Shown here piece after piece: positions 15,055 through 24,503 of a stretch of DNA of 37,773 nt. The stretch's first letter is position 1, and each line of letters opens with the position of its first letter. The notes beneath the pieces are model-generated. The model was not told the DNA's origin, did no database searches, and saw only the letters and a program-made list of their open reading frames with translations. A program made the translations under genes and the position numbers. Source of the DNA: a bacterium (GTDB lineage Bacteria > UBA10199 > JADGCS01); the NCBI GenBank assembly GCA_018812345.1, contig JAHJDR010000012.1:1-37773 (forward strand). Reading direction: 5' to 3'.

Positions 15055-18000
15055 ATGCCAAAAAGAACTGATATACATAAAATACTTATTATTGGTGCGG
15101 GGCCGATTGTGATTGGTCAGGCTTGTGAGTTTGACTATTCAGGAACACAGGGCGTGCGCGCTCTTAAAGAAGAGGGATACCAAGTTGTTCTTATTAATTC
15201 TAACCATGCCACCATTATGACAGATCCTGAAATGGCTGATCAGACATATATTGAACCGATTACCCCTGAAGTCGTTGCCTCCATTATTAGAAAAGAAAAA
15301 CCAGATGCCCTGCTACCGACGTTGGGGGGGCAAACAGCATTGAATGTAACAATGGCTCTCTATGAAATGGGTGTTTTGCAAGAGTTTGGTGTTGAGCTGA
15401 TAGGGGCAAATCTTAAAGCCATTAAAAAAGCAGAAGATCGCAAGCGCTTTCGTACAGCAATGGAAAAAATAGGTATAAAGGTGCCTCGTTCGGTCATTAT
15501 TAATAATTATCAGCAAGCACTTGAAGAAATTGAGGGTATTGGCTTTCCGGCAATATTGAGGCCTGCTTTTACTCTGGGTGGCACAGGGGGTAATATTTCC
15601 TATAATATGGAGGAATATAAAGAGCATATTAAGTGGGCGATTGATGCGTCTCCCAAAAAACAGGTTTTGGTTGAACAATCACTTTTGGGGTGGAAGGAAT
15701 ATGAGTTAGAGGTTGTGCGCGACAAAAAAGATAATGTGATCATCATTTGCTCGATTGAAAATCTTGATCCAATGGGTATTCACACAGGTGATTCCATAAC
15801 AGTGGCACCCGCTCAAACACTAACAGACAAAGAATACCAAGCATTGCGTAATGCCTCCGTAGCCATCATTAGAGAAATTGGGGTGGATACAGGCGGTTCA
15901 AACATTCAGTTTGGTGTGAATCCCAAAGATGGCACGGTCATGGTTATTGAAATGAATCCACGTGTTTCACGTTCTTCCGCTCTGGCGAGTAAGGCAACAG
16001 GCTTTCCCATTGCGAAGATCGCGGCAAAATTGGCAGTGGGTTATACGCTTGATGAGCTTGTTAATGATATAACAAAAGACACACCCGCTAGTTTTGAGCC
16101 ATCAATAGACTATGTTGTGACAAAAATACCGCGATTTACCTTTGAAAAATTTCCCATGGCAAAAAAAATATTAGGCACGCAAATGAAGTCTGTTGGTGAA
16201 GTCATGGGTATAGGGCGGACATTTAAAGAAAGTTTACAAAAGGCTATTCGGTCCTTAGAAACAGGAAAAAATGGCTTAGATGAGGTGGTTTATTTAGAGA
16301 AGACAAAAGAGGGTAAACAAAAAGAATGTCGTGAGCATCTCAAAAAAACAGGGCCTGATCGCTTATGGTGGGTTGCTGAAGCATTACGAAAAGGTGTTAA
16401 ACGAAATGTGATTTACAAGTTAACAGGTATTGATCCGTGGTTTTTGAATCAATTAGAACAAATTCTCTTGGTGGAAAAGGCTTTGAAAAAATGGGCAAAT
16501 AAGAAACAAAGCTGTAAAATGCCAGCTCTTCCCATAGATGTTCTTGTTGAGGCAAAACAAATGGGTTTTTCGGATAAACGCTTAGCCTGCCTGCTTAAAA
16601 CGCATGAAGATAGTGTTCGGCTCTTGAGAGAGAAAAAAAGAATTATACCTGTCTACAAAACAGTGGATACGTGTGCTGCTGAGTTTGAAGCCCATACACC
16701 CTATTTATATTCTACGTATGAACAAGAAAATGAAGCAAACCCTACGGGAAAGAAAAAAGTTTTGATTCTAGGAGGTGGCCCTAACCGCATTGGTCAAGGT
16801 ATCGAGTTTGATTATTGTTGTTGTCATGCTAGTTTTTCCTTACAGGAAGAAGGTTATGAAGTTATTATGGTGAACTGTAATCCTGAAACAGTGAGCACTG
16901 ATTACGATACTTCTGACCGCCTTTATTTTGAACCTTTAACGCAAGAAGATGTGATTAGGATATTACAAGAAGAAAAACCTGATGGTATCATTGTTCAGTT
17001 TGGTGGACAGACACCTCTAAAACTGTCAGCCGCTCTAGAAAAATGGGGTGCCAAATTATTAGGAACCACGTCTGATAGTATTGATCGCGTTGAAGATCGT
17101 GAGCGCTTTGCCGCATTTGTAAACGCCTTAGGGTTAAAGCAACCTGAAAATGGTTTAGCGAAGAGTTTTAAAGAAGCCTTAAATATTGCCAATCGTATTG
17201 GTTATCCTGTGTTGGTAAGGCCGTCTTATGTCTTAGGCGGCAGGGGTATGGAAATCATTTATGATGAACAAAGTTTAAAAGAATACATGCGTGTTGTTGT
17301 GAGTGTTTCAGAAGATCGTCCTGTGCTTGTTGATCGCTTTTTAGAGAATGCCGTTGAAATTGATGTCGATGCCCTTTGCGATGGTAGGGAAGCTATGATT
17401 GGTGGTATTATGGAGCACGTTCAGTGTGCCGGCATTCACTCGGGTGATTCGGCTTGTTGCTTGCCCCCTAAATCATTGCTGCCAAAAACAATTAATCAAA
17501 TCATTACGCAAACAAAACAAATGGCGTTAGAACTTAAGGTCGTGGGCTTAATGAATGTTCAGTTTGCTCTTCAAGATGATGTCCTTTATGTCTTAGAAGT
17601 TAATCCTAGGGCATCACGAACAGTTCCCTTTGTTTCAAAAGCCATTGGCCAGCCGTTGGCAAAAATTGCGGCCAAATTAATGGTTGGAAAAAAGTTGTCT
17701 GAAACTGGGTTTAAAGAAAATATATTTCCAGAACATGTTTGTGTTAAAGAAGCTGTTTTTCCTTTTAGTAAATTTCCTGGTGTTGATACATTGTTGGGGC
17801 CTGAAATGCGTTCAACAGGTGAGGTTATGGGGATTGATACAAAGTTTGGTATGTCTTTTGCCAAAGCAGAGTTAGCCGCTAAAAATCCGCTGCCGTTAAC
17901 AGGAATTGTTTTTATTTCCGTTCGAGACAAAGATAAAAAAGCCATTGTTTCCATTGCCGCCAGACTAATTGACTATGGATTTAAGGTCGTGGCCACTCAA

Positions 18001-18324
18001 GGAACAGCCAGCTTTCTTAAAGGTCATGGCCTTGATGTTTTTGTTGTGCAAAAACATTATGAAGGAGAGCCCAATATTTTGGAGCCTCTTGTTAAGAATA
18101 AAGTGGCTATGGTTGTTAATACGCATGAGGGAAAACTTTCCGCTGTGGATTCTTTTGAGCTCAGACGAACAGCCCTCATGACAAACACGCCATACTTTAC
18201 AACCTTAGCCGCTGCAGAAGCCGCTGTGATGGGAATATCTGAGCTGCGTCGCTCTCAAATGAATGTAAAGTCCATGCAAGAATATTTTAGTCAACAGAAT
18301 TTGAGAGAGATCTTTAATAAATAG
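15055..18324 (+). CDS. carB: Carbamoyl-phosphate synthase large subunit
   Basis: 1089 aa with duplicated ATP-grasp halves and an MGS-like C-terminal domain. The N-terminus is canonical ([32 protein letters not shown]). Confidence 0.97.
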   Translation: MPKRTDIHKILIIGAGPIVIGQACEFDYSGTQGVRALKEEGYQVVLINSNHATIMTDPEMADQTYIEPITPEVVASIIRKEKPDALLPTLGGQTALNVTMALYEMGVLQEFGVELIGANLKAIKKAEDRKRFRTAMEKIGIKVPRSVIINNYQQALEEIEGIGFPAILRPAFTLGGTGGNISYNMEEYKEHIKWAIDASPKKQVLVEQSLLGWKEYELEVVRDKKDNVIIICSIENLDPMGIHTGDSITVAPAQTLTDKEYQALRNASVAIIREIGVDTGGSNIQFGVNPKDGTVMVIEMNPRVSRSSALASKATGFPIAKIAAKLAVGYTLDELVNDITKDTPASFEPSIDYVVTKIPRFTFEKFPMAKKILGTQMKSVGEVMGIGRTFKESLQKAIRSLETGKNGLDEVVYLEKTKEGKQKECREHLKKTGPDRLWWVAEALRKGVKRNVIYKLTGIDPWFLNQLEQILLVEKALKKWANKKQSCKMPALPIDVLVEAKQMGFSDKRLACLLKTHEDSVRLLREKKRIIPVYKTVDTCAAEFEAHTPYLYSTYEQENEANPTGKKKVLILGGGPNRIGQGIEFDYCCCHASFSLQEEGYEVIMVNCNPETVSTDYDTSDRLYFEPLTQEDVIRILQEEKPDGIIVQFGGQTPLKLSAALEKWGAKLLGTTSDSIDRVEDRERFAAFVNALGLKQPENGLAKSFKEALNIANRIGYPVLVRPSYVLGGRGMEIIYDEQSLKEYMRVVVSVSEDRPVLVDRFLENAVEIDVDALCDGREAMIGGIMEHVQCAGIHSGDSACCLPPKSLLPKTINQIITQTKQMALELKVVGLMNVQFALQDDVLYVLEVNPRASRTVPFVSKAIGQPLAKIAAKLMVGKKLSETGFKENIFPEHVCVKEAVFPFSKFPGVDTLLGPEMRSTGEVMGIDTKFGMSFAKAELAAKNPLPLTGIVFISVRDKDKKAIVSIAARLIDYGFKVVATQGTASFLKGHGLDVFVVQKHYEGEPNILEPLVKNKVAMVVNTHEGKLSAVDSFELRRTALMTNTPYFTTLAAAEAAVMGISELRRSQMNVKSMQEYFSQQNLREIFNK

Positions 18325-18352
18325 TTACTAAAGAATATCATAAATTGAACTT

Positions 18353-18465
18353 AGTTCAATAGCCAATAATCAATAATGAATATCCAATATCCATTTGGTA
18401 GTTTCAAATCAGCACAGTACTAACTTGATGATTGGATATTGTTCTGTTGGATATTGAATATTGAA
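18353..18465. repeat. CAATATC/GATATTG-family hairpin element, copy 1
   Basis: It starts AGTTCAATAGCCAA. Left arm CAATAATCAATAATGAATATCCAATATCCAT. Right arm ACTTGATGATTGGATATTGTTCTGTTGGATATTGAATATTGAA. Confidence 0.85.
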
Positions 18466-18467
18466 AT

Positions 18468-19481
18468 TTAAAAAATGATTAATGACTTCAAGACCGTTCG
18501 CGTATTCATATCGCTTACCGCCTGATCAAACGCCTGCAGAGGATATTCTTGAAACATATTTGCCAAACCTAAGTTTTCATCTTTAAGAATGTTAAAAGAT
18601 TTAACCAATGAATCTGGTGTGGCAGAATAGCTTGTTATGATTTGGAGTTCGCGATGGTATAGCTCTGATGTATCAAGAGGGCCCACTTCACCAGAGAGGT
18701 GGCTGAAAAGATTTACAAATCCGCCATTACGAATCCAACTCAAAGATTCATTGAGCATGGTTGCCGGGCCGGCTGTGAAAATAATGCCATCTAAACCGCG
18801 GTTATTTGTTTTTGATTTTATGTGTTCTAAGACCAAGTCATTTACAGAGGCAAAGGCCTGATCAACACCCCAAGTTAGCGATTTCTCAGAGCGCTCAGGA
18901 TCAATATCAAGCCCGATAATATGACAATCAAGGCGTTTCAAAAGTTTTGTCATCATGAGGCCAATGGAGCCTAAACCAACAATCAAGATAGTATCATTGT
19001 TTTTTAAGGGAAGGCGATCAATGCTTCTTACGCAACAAGCCAAAGGCTCCATAAAAATAGCTTCTTTCCATGGCATGTTGTCTGGTATTTTTTGTGTTGT
19101 GTGTTTTAAGTGGGCTTCAGGGATGCAAATGTACTCGGCAAAACCGCCAGGAACAAAGTTTGTTGTCTTGAATGTGTCACACATGGAAAAACTGCCATGT
19201 GTGCAGTAGTGGCAATCAAAGCAGGGAACGTGGTGAGCCACAACAATTAATTCATTTTCATTATAGTCTTGAACAGCAGCCCCTTTTTTTACAATGCGTC
19301 CCACAAGTTCATGACCTAAGACAGTTGTTTTTTTCAAAAGCTTTAAATTTATTTTGAGAAGATCTGTACCACAAAGCCCGCAACCGAGTGTTTGTATGAG
19401 GACATCTTTGGGGCCTAGCTTTGGCTCTTCTATGGTAACAAGTTGGCTTGTGCCGTCTGTGTTGTTTTGTATTGCTTTCAT
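18468..19481 (-). CDS. Zinc-dependent medium-chain alcohol/polyol dehydrogenase family protein
   Basis: GCGLCGTDL, GHELVGRIV, a structural-Zn Cys cluster (CFDCHYCTHGSFSMC) and a Rossmann motif GLGSIG. Confidence 0.85.
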   Translation of the reverse strand: MKAIQNNTDGTSQLVTIEEPKLGPKDVLIQTLGCGLCGTDLLKINLKLLKKTTVLGHELVGRIVKKGAAVQDYNENELIVVAHHVPCFDCHYCTHGSFSMCDTFKTTNFVPGGFAEYICIPEAHLKHTTQKIPDNMPWKEAIFMEPLACCVRSIDRLPLKNNDTILIVGLGSIGLMMTKLLKRLDCHIIGLDIDPERSEKSLTWGVDQAFASVNDLVLEHIKSKTNNRGLDGIIFTAGPATMLNESLSWIRNGGFVNLFSHLSGEVGPLDTSELYHRELQIITSYSATPDSLVKSFNILKDENLGLANMFQEYPLQAFDQAVSDMNTRTVLKSLIIF

Positions 19482-19486
19482 GGCTT

Positions 19487-19566
19487 GGTTATCGGTTATA
19501 TCGGTTATCGGTTATCGGTTATCAGTTATCGGTTATCGGTTATCGGTTATCGGTTGTCGGTTATCG
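19487..19566. repeat. (GGTTATC)x11 tandem array abutting the ADH start codon
   Basis: Eleven units with three variants (GGTTATATC, AGTTATC, GGTTGTC). The array begins 6 nt from the ADH ATG (19481, minus strand). T10 homopolymer at 19572-19581. Confidence 0.9.
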
Positions 19567-19681
19567 TGGTGTTTTTTTTTTATAGTTTTATTATTATTGG
19601 AGAGCAATAATCAATATCAAATTGATTAATAGGTTGTTTAATGCCATATTTGCTATATTGTTAAGCAATTGTAATCGCTTA

Positions 19682-19725
19682 CGATAACACGATAACCTAT
19701 AACCGACAACCTATAACCGATAACC
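19682..19725. repeat. GATAAC-type heptamer array (inverted partner of 19487-19566) abutting the NRDE start codon
   Basis: CGATAAC ACGATAAC CTATAAC CGACAAC CTATAAC CGATAAC. It ends 4 nt before the ATG at 19730. Confidence 0.85.
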
Positions 19726-19729
19726 AATT

Positions 19730-20500
19730 ATGTGCCTCATATCTTTTATATACAAAATTCATCCTCAATATAAACTCATTTTAGTCTCAAATCGGGATGA
19801 GTTTAGAGGTCGGAAAACAAAACCAGCAGGTTTTTGGCAAAAGCAACCACAGCTGCTTGCTGGCATGGACGTAGAGCATCAAGGCACATGGCTTGGGGTC
19901 ACCAAGCAGGGTCGTTTTTCAGCGATAACAAATTTTCGTGATGGCCCCAGAAATACTTTGCCCCAAGAAAACTCTCGTGGCCATCTGGTGCGTGACTATC
20001 TTTTAGGAAACAAAAATCCGTTTACCTATCTTTTTAACTTTAGTGATAACGCTGGAGATTATGAGCCTTTTAATCTCTTAGTAGGTGATAAAGACAGGTT
20101 GTGTTTTTATTCTAACAAGGAACGGCAGATCTGGGAATTAGAGGCAGGTGTGTATGCGTTAAGCAATCATCTCTTAAACACGCCATGGCCAAAGACACAG
20201 ACGTTGAAAGAGTTTATGGAGTACCAAGCAGGGGAGTGGGAAGTGGATGTGGAAAAGATATTTAATTTCATGTTGGACACAAAGGAACCTGATGATGACA
20301 AGCTGCCCGATACGGGTGTGGGCATTGAATGGGAACGACGCATGAGTCCTTTGTTTGTGACCGGTGAAGACTATGGGACTGTGAGTTCAACCGTTATTTT
20401 ATGGGATAATGACGATAATATTTATTTTGCCGAAAGAACTTATAGAGGTGATTCGAAGAAGTTTGCTTTGAAGGAATTCAAATTTAAGATAGAGATGTAA
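19730..20500 (+). CDS. NRDE family protein (TANGO2/DUF833-like)
   Basis: N-terminal MC...SNRDEF signature and a length of about 256 aa. Confidence 0.8.
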   Translation: MCLISFIYKIHPQYKLILVSNRDEFRGRKTKPAGFWQKQPQLLAGMDVEHQGTWLGVTKQGRFSAITNFRDGPRNTLPQENSRGHLVRDYLLGNKNPFTYLFNFSDNAGDYEPFNLLVGDKDRLCFYSNKERQIWELEAGVYALSNHLLNTPWPKTQTLKEFMEYQAGEWEVDVEKIFNFMLDTKEPDDDKLPDTGVGIEWERRMSPLFVTGEDYGTVSSTVILWDNDDNIYFAERTYRGDSKKFALKEFKFKIEM

Positions 20501-20606
20501 AGTTCAATAGCCAACACTCAACAGAACAATATCCAATCATCAAGTAAGATGGCTAGTATTTTTAGTTGAATATTGGATATTGATTATTGGATATTGGATA
20601 TTGAAA
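20501..20606. repeat. CAATATC/GATATTG-family hairpin element, copy 2
   Basis: It starts AGTTCAATAGCCAA, as copy 1 does. The left arm contains CAACAGAACAATATCCAATCATCAAGT (20519-20545), the exact reverse complement of 18423-18449. Right arm TTGAATATTGGATATTGATTATTGGATATTGGATATTGAA. Confidence 0.85.
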
Positions 20607-20634
20607 AAAGGGCGCATTGGGGGCGCCCTTTTTT
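20604..20634. terminator. Bidirectional rho-independent terminator between convergent genes
   Basis: A6 run, then stem GGGCGC / GCGCCC (20610-20615 / 20623-20628) with a 7-nt loop, then T6 run. Confidence 0.8.
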
Positions 20635-20663
20635 GAGAGATTAGATTGAGATATGTTAATACA

Positions 20664-22919
20664 TCAATCTATAGATATAATATAAACTCGTCCAACGCTT
20701 GTGCCTGTATCACCATCATAACCAAAAGCGCTTACCACAACATCATCTGTGCCATTGCCATCTAGGTCACCAGCATTAATGATTCTGCTACCCGTGTTTT
20801 CGTTAGTGCTGCTACCAATAAATGTGGCTGTTGCCGTGTCTAGCGAATAGGTAGCAGGCGTTACAGGTTTTTCTTGGCCAGAAATATAATAGATTTTACC
20901 ATCATTATTTACATTATGGTCATAACTATAAGCGCCCACAAAAAGCTCACCATAGCCATCTCCATCCAGATCATTTACAAGGGCTGCGGCACCACCAGAG
21001 TAGTCAGAACTATTTTCGCCGGTGTAGAAAAGATCAGCTGTGCTGAGTGAGTTTGTTCCTGACAGGGCGGCGTCTCCATAAATAATATAGGTTTTGCCGG
21101 CATCTGTTGCGGCGTCATCACTGCCCATAATACCAACAACAAGATCATCTTTGCCATCATTGTTAATATCAACCCCACCGGTAACAACAAGTCCTGCAAG
21201 GTCTGCATTAGACTCACCGGTTAAGCAAATATCTGCTGTGCTAAGATTTATGGGGAGTGCGAGCAACGGTCTTTGTATTGAAGGGAGTGTTGCAAACGGT
21301 CCTGATAAGGCCCCTGTGTTATTGACTTTGTTTGTTTTTTCTCCAAAGAAAATATATACCTTGCCAGCATTAGTTGCGGCATCATCATTAAAAGCAGAGC
21401 TTATATAGAAATCATCCACACCATCACCATTGAAATCACCGACAGTTCCTGCTTTGATACCTGCGGCATCAGTGGTGTTTTCTCCAATAAAGGTTTGGTA
21501 TGCATCAGCAAGTGTCGTTGTTTCACTTACAGATGATCCTGAGAAGAGATAAACTTTTCCTGCTTCAGAGCCTGTTATATATGAATCAAAACCAAAGGCA
21601 GAGAGAAGGAAATCACCTTTTTTGTCACCATCTACATCACCAGCACTGGCTACATTGTTACCCAGGTAGTCATTTGCGTTTATGCCTGTAAACGTAACAT
21701 TGGCAGAAGAGAGGTTAATCGTTGTGCCCGAAGTAAACTCCTGGCCGTAAACCAAATAAACTTTACCAGCATTATTTCCAGCATCATCATTGCCAAAAGC
21801 GCCAATAAGGATTTCATCATAACCGTCGCTGTTTAAATCTTGAATAAGAGCAACAGAAATACCTGCTGAATCACCTTCGTTTTCTCCAATAAAAGTAACA
21901 TCAGCTGTGTCGGCTGACACATCAGATGTAATGTTTTCGTTGCCAAGGAAGAGATAAATATTTCCTGTTGAATTATTTTCTCCAAAAGCGCTGACAAGGA
22001 TATCATTATAACCATCGCCATTTACATCAGCATTACTGGCTGTGGCAAAACCAAAGAAGCTGTAATCACTTGTGCCATCAAAGTAGGTTGTGACATCAGC
22101 AAGGGCTAAATCTATATCAGCAACACCATCACAATCATTGTCGATGAAATCAAAGACCTCTGTGTTGCCAGAATAAGCATTGGGATCAAAGTCATCACAA
22201 TCAGTGTTGGCCTTGTCACCATCGCCATCAGCATCATTATCACCTTCAGTGTCTTCACAAACATCACCAGCATCGTCTCCATCGAGATCACTTTGGTCTT
22301 CGTTATCAACGTTAACACAATTATCACAGGCATCACCAAAACTATCATCATCAGAATTAGTTTGGTCTTCATTAGCGACTGTAGGACAATTATCATTTTC
22401 ATCAAGAATCATATCACCATCAGCATCATCGTTGTCTTCATCACAAAGATCGCCAATGCCATCATTGTCAGAATCTGTTTGGTCATTGTTGCCATCGTCA
22501 GGGCAATTATCGTTTTCATCGCAAATGCCATCAAGATCAGAATCTTGTGTGCCTGTGGCATCTGTAGGGCAATCATCATTAATATCAAGAACGCCGTCAT
22601 TGTCGTCATCGACATCACAGAGATCTCCTTCATCATCATCATCATTGTCTGCTTGGTTTGGATTGAAATAGTAGATGCAATTATCATTCTCATCAGCAAT
22701 GCCATCGCTATCTGTGTCGTTGAGGGTGGTGTTCCCTTCATCGGCATTTCCATCATCACCGGCATCATCAGCAGGAATTTCACCAGAGACATCTTCATTG
22801 ATGATATCACCAGTGATCTCATCTGATATTTTGTCGACACTGCACGCTGTTGAAAAAATAAACAGAATAGTAAAAACGCTCATGAAAATAATTTTAATTA
22901 AATATCTATATATTGCCAT
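20664..22919 (-). CDS. Lipoprotein with thrombospondin type-3 (Ca-binding) repeats and a seven-repeat FG-GAP (integrin-alpha-like) propeller
   Basis: Signal and lipobox ...FIFSTAC. Multiple DxDxDGxxDxxDNC motifs. Seven FG-GAP/Ca-loop blades (e.g. DVNGDGYNDILVSAFG, DLNSDGYDEILIGAFG, DVDGDKKGDFLLSAFG). Confidence 0.9.
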   Translation of the reverse strand: MAIYRYLIKIIFMSVFTILFIFSTACSVDKISDEITGDIINEDVSGEIPADDAGDDGNADEGNTTLNDTDSDGIADENDNCIYYFNPNQADNDDDDEGDLCDVDDDNDGVLDINDDCPTDATGTQDSDLDGICDENDNCPDDGNNDQTDSDNDGIGDLCDEDNDDADGDMILDENDNCPTVANEDQTNSDDDSFGDACDNCVNVDNEDQSDLDGDDAGDVCEDTEGDNDADGDGDKANTDCDDFDPNAYSGNTEVFDFIDNDCDGVADIDLALADVTTYFDGTSDYSFFGFATASNADVNGDGYNDILVSAFGENNSTGNIYLFLGNENITSDVSADTADVTFIGENEGDSAGISVALIQDLNSDGYDEILIGAFGNDDAGNNAGKVYLVYGQEFTSGTTINLSSANVTFTGINANDYLGNNVASAGDVDGDKKGDFLLSAFGFDSYITGSEAGKVYLFSGSSVSETTTLADAYQTFIGENTTDAAGIKAGTVGDFNGDGVDDFYISSAFNDDAATNAGKVYIFFGEKTNKVNNTGALSGPFATLPSIQRPLLALPINLSTADICLTGESNADLAGLVVTGGVDINNDGKDDLVVGIMGSDDAATDAGKTYIIYGDAALSGTNSLSTADLFYTGENSSDYSGGAAALVNDLDGDGYGELFVGAYSYDHNVNNDGKIYYISGQEKPVTPATYSLDTATATFIGSSTNENTGSRIINAGDLDGNGTDDVVVSAFGYDGDTGTSVGRVYIISID

Positions 22920-23022
22920 AACACCCTCGTGTTTCTTAAGGCAGAGACGCGACCTAACATTATGGAATCTCTGCAGATTTATAGTGCTTCTACTTGTTTT
23001 TCGGCATTAGCTGTGAAAAGTT

Positions 23023-23046
23023 TCGTCTTTTTTCAAAAAAAGACGA
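23023..23046. promoter_or_regulatory. Perfect 24-nt palindrome in the divergent spacer
   Basis: TCGTCTTTTTTCAAAAAAAGACGA, 4 nt upstream of the shared promoter-like motif. It could be an operator or an insulating hairpin. Confidence 0.4.
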
Positions 23047-23049
23047 ATT

Positions 23050-23079
23050 AAATATCAAATAAAATCAAGAGGTTATAAT
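23050..23079 (+). promoter_or_regulatory. Promoter-like motif: direct ATCAA repeats plus -10 TATAAT
   Basis: AAATATCAAATAAAATCAAGAGGTTATAAT, near-identical to 1661-1689. It lies about 115 nt upstream of the spt-like start. Confidence 0.45.
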
Positions 23080-23193
23080 TGTTTGCAAGGACAGAACCCT
23101 TAAGGGGGCCTTCTTAGACCTATTTATTGTATTTTAACGTTAGCAAGAAACCTGTGTTGCAATTATGTACAAGACTTATTAAGTGGGCCGCTT

Positions 23194-24435
23194 ATGAAAG
23201 AACAAAACACAAAACCAAACTTAGATACTTGCATGGATTACTTCTACAAGGGGAGTAAGGATGTCTTTAAGAAAGCCTATGATTTTGTTGAAGCAGACAT
23301 GATACGACAACTCAATATTTATCCTTATTATCAAACCATTGATTACAACGAAGGACCAAAGTGTATTATTGAAGGTAAAGAAGTGATCATGCTGGGATCA
23401 AATAATTATTTGGGCCTCACAACACATCCTGAAGTGCGTCAAGCAGCAATGGATGCCATTAATGAATATGGTACAAGCTTGACAGGATCGCGCCTTTTAA
23501 ATGGTACGCATAAACTCCATTTAAAATTGGAAGAAGACCTGGCTGCTTTTTTTAATAAAGAATCTTGTCTCGTTTTTTCTACAGGCTATCAAGCTAACAT
23601 TGGAGTTCTTTCTGCTCTTATTTCAAAAAGTAATTTACTCATTATGGATAAAATGGATCATGCTAGCATTTATGATGGTTATAAGGTTTCCAGAGGAGAT
23701 GTGATCAGCTTTAAACATAATGATATGGAAGATTTGGATAATGTGCTCGCAAGTGCAGACAAAGATGTTGGAAAACTTATCATGGTTGATGGTGTTTTCA
23801 GCATGGAAGGTGATGTAGCAAAATTAGATGATCTAGTTGCACTCAAGCAAAAATATAATACGCGGCTTGTTGTTGATGATGCTCACGGTGTTGGTGTTAT
23901 TGGGCCGGGTGGCCGAGGAACGGCTCATCATTATGGTTTGCAAGATCACGTAGATCTTATTGTGGGAACCTTTAGTAAGTCTTTGGCTTCTGTTGGTGGT
24001 TTTGTCGTCGGTAATTATAAGGTTGTAGATTTTATAAAACACTATGGACGGTCCATTGTTTTTTCAGCAAGTATTCCGCCGGCTTCTACTGCGGCAGCCA
24101 ATAAGGCTTTAGATATTTTAAAACGAGAACCAGAACGTGTTGAACGCGTGCAGGAAAATAGTCGTTACATGAGAGAAAACTTAGTTTCTCATGGTTTTGA
24201 TGTTGGAGGTTCTGAAACGCCGATTGTTCCTATTGTTGTGGGTAATGAAATACTAGCCCTCACCTTATGGCGTGAACTATTAGATTTAGGTGTTTATGTA
24301 AACTCTGTTGTTTATCCGGCAGTACCAAGAGATCGTGCTGTGCTGAGAACGAGTTATACTTCTGAGCATAAGCGCGAAGATTTAGATAAGGCGCTGGAAG
24401 CGCTTGTAACGCTGAAAAAGAAACATGGGTTTTAA
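23194..24435 (+). CDS. spt: Alpha-oxoamine synthase family PLP enzyme, most like serine palmitoyltransferase
   Basis: GSNNYLGL, FSTGYQAN, HASIYDG and the PLP-lysine motif GTFSKSLASVGGFVV. This matches the SPT-type GTFSKSxGxxGGFV rather than the GTLSKA/GTLGKA of BioF/Kbl. Confidence 0.7.
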   Translation: MKEQNTKPNLDTCMDYFYKGSKDVFKKAYDFVEADMIRQLNIYPYYQTIDYNEGPKCIIEGKEVIMLGSNNYLGLTTHPEVRQAAMDAINEYGTSLTGSRLLNGTHKLHLKLEEDLAAFFNKESCLVFSTGYQANIGVLSALISKSNLLIMDKMDHASIYDGYKVSRGDVISFKHNDMEDLDNVLASADKDVGKLIMVDGVFSMEGDVAKLDDLVALKQKYNTRLVVDDAHGVGVIGPGGRGTAHHYGLQDHVDLIVGTFSKSLASVGGFVVGNYKVVDFIKHYGRSIVFSASIPPASTAAANKALDILKREPERVERVQENSRYMRENLVSHGFDVGGSETPIVPIVVGNEILALTLWRELLDLGVYVNSVVYPAVPRDRAVLRTSYTSEHKREDLDKALEALVTLKKKHGF

Positions 24436-24503
24436 AGAATAAAGGCTTACGGTAAACAAAAAATACAGAATTTATCAAAAAAATCTTTAAAGAAATCTAA
24501 GTA

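Noticed and set aside
391-19357. Assorted 60-120 aa ORFs nested in or antisense to DTW, carB, ADH, Nnr, M20, YebC and the giant ORFs. Examples are 391..621, 4697..5062, 15313..15678, 17586..17954 and 18955..19209.
   Set aside because: They lie wholly inside longer ORFs that have clear family signatures, and none contains a recognisable motif.
19487-19566. CRISPR arrays, suggested by the many short direct repeats in spacers.
   Set aside because: The units are 7-9 nt and directly contiguous, with no unique spacers. No cas genes are present. These are microsatellite-like arrays, not CRISPR.
19354-19629. ORFs translating repeat arrays: 19354..19629 (VIGYRLSVIGYRLS), 26879..27076 (CLDCLDCLDC), 14192..14455 (LTPCSLRLTPCSLR), and the 9936-9992 and 31957-32064 extensions.
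   Set aside because: Their open frames exist only because tandem units happen to lack stops. They overlap better-supported genes or spacers and have no start-site support.
18423-20545. A composite transposon or site-specific invertible switch bounded by the 27-bp inverted repeat.
   Set aside because: I did not call it a mobile element because no transposase or invertase is present, and the internal promoters are divergent, so inversion would not switch expression. It is kept only as a finding to be tested with structural-variant data.
22112-22840. Four long overlapping ORFs on both strands (22112..22405, 22180..22671, 22293..22826, 22409..22840).
   Set aside because: They are alternative-frame or antisense readings of the D-rich GAT/GAC low-complexity region of the TSP3/FG-GAP gene. 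Their products are monotonous S/I/M-rich strings.
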